DNA from: Acidobacteriota bacterium
GTDB taxonomy: Bacteria > Acidobacteriota > UBA6911 > RPQK01 > JAJDTT01
DNA: 64,000 bases
Assembly: GCA_965209055.1 (NCBI GenBank)
Contig: OZ242374.1
Location: forward strand, 6,013,183 to 6,077,182
Reading direction: 5' to 3'
A program made the position numbers and the translations under genes. Positions 59,501 through 64,000 of this stretch are shown here, piece after piece. The notes under the pieces were generated by a model. It saw only the letters and a program-made list of their open reading frames with translations. It searched no databases and was not told the DNA's origin. The stretch's first letter is position 1. The number at the start of each line of letters is the position of its first letter.

Positions 59501-60106
59501 TCCAACCGCCTCTGGCATCACATGCCCCTCCGGCGCCTGGATGCCGAGTCGATCCGCGATTCGTTGCTGGCCGTCTCGGGGCGTTTGGACCGGAGCCTCT
59601 TCGGCGAACCCATCAATCCTTTTCGGAAGATGGAAGATGCGACCAAGCGCCTCTTCTCCGGACCCCTCGACGGCGACGGGCGCCGGTCCATCTATCTGAA
59701 GATGACGGTCATGGAACCTTCCAAGTTGCTGGCGACGTTCAACCAGCCCAAACCCAAGATTCCCACCGGAAGGCGGGACGTCACCAACGTACCGGCTCAG
59801 GCCTTGGCGCTGCTGAACGATCCCTTCGTCGCGGGGCAGGCTGATTTCTGGGCCCGGGAGCTGGTGGCGAAGCCTCATGAATCGCCTCGTGAGAGGTTGG
59901 CCTACATGTTCCGGCGAGCCTTCAATCGAAACGCCGAGGCCGAGGAACTGGACCATTGGACGGAAGCCGTTGACGACATCGCCGAACTCCACGAGCAGGA
60001 AACGGCGTCCCAAGAAGACAGGGTCTCCGTGATGCAATCGGCGCAGGTCTGGAAGGATACGGCTCACGCGCTGTTCAACGCGCCGGAATTCATCTATGTG
60101 CGGTGA
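56510..60106 (+). CDS. PSD1 and planctomycete cytochrome c domain protein (PSCyt1/DUF1549/DUF1553)
   Basis: CQSCH, GERWARHWMDVVRY, CARCHDHK, NPLTARVFVNRVW, HPELLDYLA, RRLDAESIRD. Confidence 0.9.
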   Translation: MKRFAVGTPKNFLPVAALAVVCAGALGGAAESAEKTISPDELEFFEKRIRPVLVDSCQSCHSETQAMGGLRLDYRGGWQEGGQSGPALVPGDPDRSPLIRALRHDGSRTPMPLGAAQLSADVIDDFEQWILLGAPDPRVAPPTAKTAYVPDESWEEVFEKRSRWWSLQPVAQPPLPQVENERWSDLPMDRFILAQLEKKGLEPASRADRSTLVRRLSLVLTGLPPTAEQVEAFVRDTDEGAYQRLVDRLLESPHFGERWARHWMDVVRYSDTYGYEWDIPAKGAWRFRDYLIRAFNDDLPFDQLVREQIAGDMVEPPRINADQQINESLIGPMFYMMGEKRHGDSVVFNGIHQEMVDDKIDAFSKAFQAMTVACARCHDHKLDAVAQTDYYALAGIFMSSRWGTNTLDLPDRNEDVIEELSTLKERMRTPLADWWLEASHEIPAYILAAQARIDQDDSAGRLAESLRSERVQAWEKALRFEPVEEPVEGEEKAEEAEEREAAEKESEEEEAEDKPALEDILYPWLQLHTAAKQSGSIDGRWSELAREYGTAHQERSVTNAQNFPLMADFREEVPEGWTVDGVGLRDGPVSSGDFTVALEGTGAVGMLLPAGLFTHAISPRLNGAVRSPFLEPTNPQVVSLEMNGGDYSTRRLVVDNGFLTEREWGYMEDDELHWVCHTQNAADKSAWPKSAVEAAETRNYLEFTTKTSNPYFPPRYGLGGCKAEEIAKDDCGSEDPNSWFGVTRAYLVNKGKVTNYGAIFDCVESPADELSRFQPLFSGDPPSSLPEAAARYGRWLTASLHDWANDRADEDDVRLINWMLARKLLPNSFEEREPVRDLVASYRTAEKRLLPPQTINGMVDLDPGRDYRLNIRGVYDDLGDLVPRGHVRVLRADGDGRPQGSGRLELANLVTSPENPLTARVFVNRVWQWVFGSGIVMTPNDFGHLGDQPSHPELLDYLADDFVRSGWSVKHLVRTLVTSETFRQSGHASTRAMEADPSNRLWHHMPLRRLDAESIRDSLLAVSGRLDRSLFGEPINPFRKMEDATKRLFSGPLDGDGRRSIYLKMTVMEPSKLLATFNQPKPKIPTGRRDVTNVPAQALALLNDPFVAGQADFWARELVAKPHESPRERLAYMFRRAFNRNAEAEELDHWTEAVDDIAELHEQETASQEDRVSVMQSAQVWKDTAHALFNAPEFIYVR

Positions 60107-60146
60107 CTCGCCGCCGCACTCCGTTCCCACGCGATAGGTCGAAACC

Positions 60147-61274
60147 ATGACGAAGATTCGGCGTGTCGACGCGTATCCCCTGCGCTATCCGGAGCCCCAC
60201 GACCACAACAACATCCGCTACATCACCCTGGCCCGCGTGGAAGCGGAGGGGGGAGCCGTGGGCTGGGGGGAATGCATCAGCCAGTTTCCCGAGTCGGCCG
60301 AAGCCGTCAAGACCATCATCGAAGGCGGATACGCTCCCTTGTTGACCGGAGAGAACGCTCTGGACGTGGAGCGCCTCTGGCACAAGCTGTTGAACCATAT
60401 CTGGTGGTACGGTCCCCAGGGCATCGCGGGATTCGCCGTGAGCGCCGTGGACATGGCGCTTTGGGACCTGAAGGGGCATCTGCTCGATCAGCCGGTGTGC
60501 CGGCTCATGGGAGGGCGGGTCGTTCCGCGAGTCGTGGCCATGGCGTCCATCCACTTCGACATGGTCGACCTGGACTGGACGCTGAACGAGTTCCAGACCT
60601 TCAAGGACCAGGGCTACCGCATCGTCAAGGGGGGCTGGGGCAGCCGTCCCGATGCCGTCTTCGGGATGGACCATGCCAAAGACCTGGCGCTGGTTCGAGA
60701 CGTCCGCGAAATCGTCGGTCCCGATTGCGACATCGTCTTCGACGTGCTGGGCGGCCGGGTGAAATGGAGCGCCCAGGAGGCGATTCGCCGGGTCCGGGAC
60801 TTCGAAGCCTACCGGCTGCGCTGGATCGAAGAGCCGCTTCCGCCCCAGGACTATGCGGCCCACCGGCTTCTCCGGGCGGGGACCCGGACGCCCATCGGCA
60901 CTGGCGAGCAGGAGTGGAATCCGGAGGGCTACCGGCGACTGCTGAAGCACGGCGCCGTGGACGTGGTGCAGATGGACCCGGGACGGTGCCTGGGGATCAC
61001 CGGTTGCGTCAAGGTCGTTCCGCTGATCGAGGCGCAGAACATCGAATTCTCCGCCCATACCTGGAGCAGCGCCCTGAACACGGCGGCAAGTGTCCACCTT
61101 CTCGCCAGCTCGACTCACGGGGCCGCCATGGACTTCAAACCGCACACCTCGCCCATGCAGCATGAGCTGGTGAGCGATCCCTGGGTCCAGGAGGACGGAT
61201 ATCTGGAGGTGCGGGAGAGTCCGGGGTTGGGGGTGACGGTGGATCAGTCGGTCGTCGAGAAGTACGCGTTCTAG
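60147..61274 (+). CDS. Mandelate racemase/muconate lactonizing enzyme family protein
   Basis: SAVDMALWDLKG, WIEEP, GTGEQ, QMD, PGLGV. Confidence 0.9.
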   Translation: MTKIRRVDAYPLRYPEPHDHNNIRYITLARVEAEGGAVGWGECISQFPESAEAVKTIIEGGYAPLLTGENALDVERLWHKLLNHIWWYGPQGIAGFAVSAVDMALWDLKGHLLDQPVCRLMGGRVVPRVVAMASIHFDMVDLDWTLNEFQTFKDQGYRIVKGGWGSRPDAVFGMDHAKDLALVRDVREIVGPDCDIVFDVLGGRVKWSAQEAIRRVRDFEAYRLRWIEEPLPPQDYAAHRLLRAGTRTPIGTGEQEWNPEGYRRLLKHGAVDVVQMDPGRCLGITGCVKVVPLIEAQNIEFSAHTWSSALNTAASVHLLASSTHGAAMDFKPHTSPMQHELVSDPWVQEDGYLEVRESPGLGVTVDQSVVEKYAF

Positions 61275-61544
61275 GAGGAGGGGGGACTGTTAGTCCCAAC
61301 TGTCCCATAGTCAAAGACTACCGAACGTTAACGTTTTCAATTATTTACCGGGTTCTTCGCCGAATCGGTAAAGTGGTTGACTCTCCATGTTTGACATGCT
61401 GAACAGGCAACAAACAGGCAGCCGAATCGGTTCCTGAAAGCCGACGCGCCCCTTATCCCCCTTCCGTTGCCTGGCTCAGAGACCTTATCAGATAGGCTTT
61501 GCCGACCGTTTGGCTCCACCGGAGGACTCTGCCTGAGGCCGAAG

Positions 61545-61898
61545 ATGTCCGGCTTCAAGCGGCAGGGCATTCCCAAGGATCAGCATCCCCAGCAAGTGTA
61601 CTACGGCGCGGTGGGGAAGACCCGCCGCGACTTGGCGTTCAAACTGCCGATTGCCGTCAAGGCGGACCGGACCGTCTTCGTCCGTGTCGATCCGGAGCAC
61701 TCGACCGACCAGGGCCGGCTCAACTCCTAAGGCAGGGTGACGGCCGCCCTGAAGCGGGCGGTCGAGTTGCAACCAGCGGCAGAAGTTCGCTCCTTCCAGG
61801 TCGGGATTGACGGTGAACGCACTTGGCCGTCGCAAGGGCCAATGGAGGCTCGTTTCGGCAGTGCGTCAAGAGGGTCTCGCGCCCGATCCGGGATGTGA
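61545..61898 (+). pseudogene. Backbone gene remnant with internal TAA
   Basis: TAA at 61728-61730 replaces the TAC (Tyr) in the E1 copy; the frame continues to SRARSGM* at 61898. Confidence 0.65.
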
Positions 61899-62033
61899 AT
61901 GGGACAAAGGGGGTGGATTCACAAAAAGAGGTCCCGGTGACTCACAAATGCACTCTCCCGGATCTTGTTTCCTTTCAGTCAGTTGCGGCCCTATTTCCGG
62001 CCACCGGGTGGCCGCACGGGGAAAGTGGAGGTG

Positions 62034-62130
62034 GACGGGAGCGACCCCCCCTTTTTGCCGCCCAGTGCGGGCGCGGGGGTGTTGCGCAATTCACATTTGC
62101 GCAGCACCCCCTGGGGGGGTCGCTCCCGTC
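62034..62130 (+). other. Conserved branched hairpin module (E4 copy)
   Basis: Same stems as in E1-E3. Confidence 0.8.
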
Positions 62131-62858
62131 GAAATTATCCCTAGCGGGAAGGCAAGAGATGACACCCTGACGGGCAAGATGGGATGCAGGAGCATCCCTG
62201 ATATCCACAACAATAAGGAACGGCTGGAGGCCCTCAGGAAGCAGGCGGTGGAGAAGCTCCGCGGCCGCCGCGCTTACCGCTGTCCGCGCTGTGGCTGTCA
62301 GAGCTACGAGAAAGATTTTGACCGGACAAGAAGAAGAGACACCTACCAACTGAAAAGCCCTTCCAGTGAGCGCCGAGGCCCTGTGTTCGAGCCTCCCCAC
62401 CGTGTGGAAAATCAGAGATTTCCCACAGGGTGCGTCGTTTTGCTGACCCCACAATCAGCGCCGCCCACGAAAGAAAGCCGGCTCCCGGCTGGAAGCCGTC
62501 CGAGACCGCGCGAGGGACCCGTTCTTATGGGACGCGACAAACAGGAGCGCGTGAAAAAGAGTCCGGCATGGTGAGCCTGACTCTTTGAGGGCGCAACTGG
62601 GGGGTCTGGGGGGATAGTTCCCCCCGGTCCGTCATCCGTTCCGGCTTGCCGGCCTCGCGGACCAGGACGAAATCGGCCCGCCGTTGGAGGACCTCGACCA
62701 CGGTCGCGGTCCAGGCCTCTCCGGCCCGCGTTGTGATCTGGATGGAGCCGCCGCCGCGTCCTCGCTCTGAAGGACCTGAACGCCGACGTCGATTCTCTGG
62801 CGCCGTGGTAGGATTCGCCCCATGGCGAAGAACCCGGATCCGGAAAGGAGGAGATGCT

Positions 62859-63947
62859 ATGGGCATCTACAAGGTGAAGGATCGCCGGGGGAGAAGACGC
62901 TATGTCGTCAGCAAGTACTGGCCGCACGGATCCGGTCGGCTTCGAATGTACGCCCCCAACTACCGGAGCGCACAGGCGCTTCAAACACGAATCGAGTCCA
63001 GCATCCTGGACGGCACATGGAAGCAGCTCAAGGAGGAACTCGCCGGCGGGAACCGCACCGTCTGGACGGTCCGGAGCTTCTACGAGCGTTTCTTCGAGGA
63101 GTACTGCAAACCTCGCATGCGCTCCCGGCGTCGCTATGCGCTCTCGTTCAAGAGCCTCAACGCCATGCTGGGAAACATTCCCCTGAAGGAGTTCCGACGC
63201 AAGGACCTGTACCGCTATGTCGCCAAAAGGAAGAAGCAAGTGCAGCCGGCCACGGTGAACCGGGACATTGCCGCCATCAGCAAGCTGTTTTCCTACGCGC
63301 TTGAGTGCGGAGAAGTGGACACGCACCCGCTGGTGAGATTCCCCAAACTCAAAGAACCCAAGAAGGTCTTCCGGCCCTTGACGGTTCAACAGTTCCGCGA
63401 CCTGGTCGAGGCGATGGACAACCCCTGCCTGCAAGCCATGGTTGCGGTGATCGGCGAGACGGGGATACGGAAAGGCGAAGCGTTGTCGCTCACCTGGAAA
63501 CGGGTGGACCTATCCCGGAGTCTGCTATGGGTGGAGTTCACCAAGAACGACGAGCCGAGGGAGATTCCGCTCTCGAAGTATGCTGCTGGATACCTGACCG
63601 GGCTGGTTCGCTACCTGAACACGCCATACGTTTTCGTCAACAGCCGGACTGGCACGAGATGGGTGAATCCGGACAAGCCGTTGCGCCGGGCCGCCGAGCG
63701 GGTGGGGTTGAAGGTCGGATTTCACGACCTGAGACGATTCCGGTGCAGCCATTGGCTGATGCAGGGGGTGGACGTGAGAACGGTGCAGAAGCTGATGGGT
63801 CACTCGGCGATCAGCACGACCATGCGCTACGCCGGGTACGTCAGTTCCCATGCGCTTGCCAGCATACGGGAGGCACAGGCTACCGAAGACTCACAAATGC
63901 GCCCGGCAACAAACAGGCAACAGGCAGGAAATAGGGGGAATGACTAG
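62859..63947 (+). CDS. int: Tyrosine recombinase/integrase (copy 4)
   Basis: R-K-HxxR-H-Y residues intact; AAGGAGG RBS. Confidence 0.95.
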   Translation: MGIYKVKDRRGRRRYVVSKYWPHGSGRLRMYAPNYRSAQALQTRIESSILDGTWKQLKEELAGGNRTVWTVRSFYERFFEEYCKPRMRSRRRYALSFKSLNAMLGNIPLKEFRRKDLYRYVAKRKKQVQPATVNRDIAAISKLFSYALECGEVDTHPLVRFPKLKEPKKVFRPLTVQQFRDLVEAMDNPCLQAMVAVIGETGIRKGEALSLTWKRVDLSRSLLWVEFTKNDEPREIPLSKYAAGYLTGLVRYLNTPYVFVNSRTGTRWVNPDKPLRRAAERVGLKVGFHDLRRFRCSHWLMQGVDVRTVQKLMGHSAISTTMRYAGYVSSHALASIREAQATEDSQMRPATNRQQAGNRGND

Positions 63948-64000
63948 AGGAGAGCAGTGGCGTAACCCCTTGAAAATAAAAGCAAGCGCCCCAAGCTCAG

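Larger units (their letters stand above)
61283..64000 (+). mobile_element. Integrative element E4, cargo-free in the visible part; right end just outside the window
   Basis: Left core GGGACTGTTAGTCCC at 61283-61297; colinear with E2 up to CCAAGCTCAG at the window end. Confidence 0.9.

Overview
High-GC bacterial window. The host gene types (PVC-type CxxCH protein, PSD1/planctomycete cytochrome c protein, CRTAC1/ASPIC-UnbV protein, several CocE/NonD hydrolases) suggest an Acidobacteriota- or PVC-like organism; this is inference only. Ordinary catabolic and transport genes are interrupted by four copies of one tyrosine-recombinase integrative element: E1 13671-34114, E2 40945-43726, E3 46089-55394 and E4 61283 to beyond 64000. 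Every visible junction carries the same small palindrome, core GGACT-GTT/AAC-AGTCC. The reconstituted target is about GGAGGGGGGACTGTTAGTCCCCC(C/A)(G/T)TCTT and lies just downstream of host stop codons. An apparently empty copy sits at 9563 next to REP-like hairpins. The elements have an intact, near-identical integrase, conserved ends (arm-type repeats, IHF-like boxes, a 14-15 bp motif mirrored in the int leader) and a conserved branched-hairpin non-coding module, while the other backbone genes are decayed. Cargo ranges from none (E2, visible E4) to defence-type payloads: type I R-M, FRG, GIY-YIG-like, a HEPN-like protein and a type IIG/ISP-like R-M enzyme. E1 also holds an IS1595 carrying a NotI-like R-M pair, and E3 holds a transposase-less IS1595-ended cassette carrying a secreted trypsin-like protease. 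No rRNA, tRNA or CRISPR array was recognised. All calls come from motifs read by eye; no database search was run.
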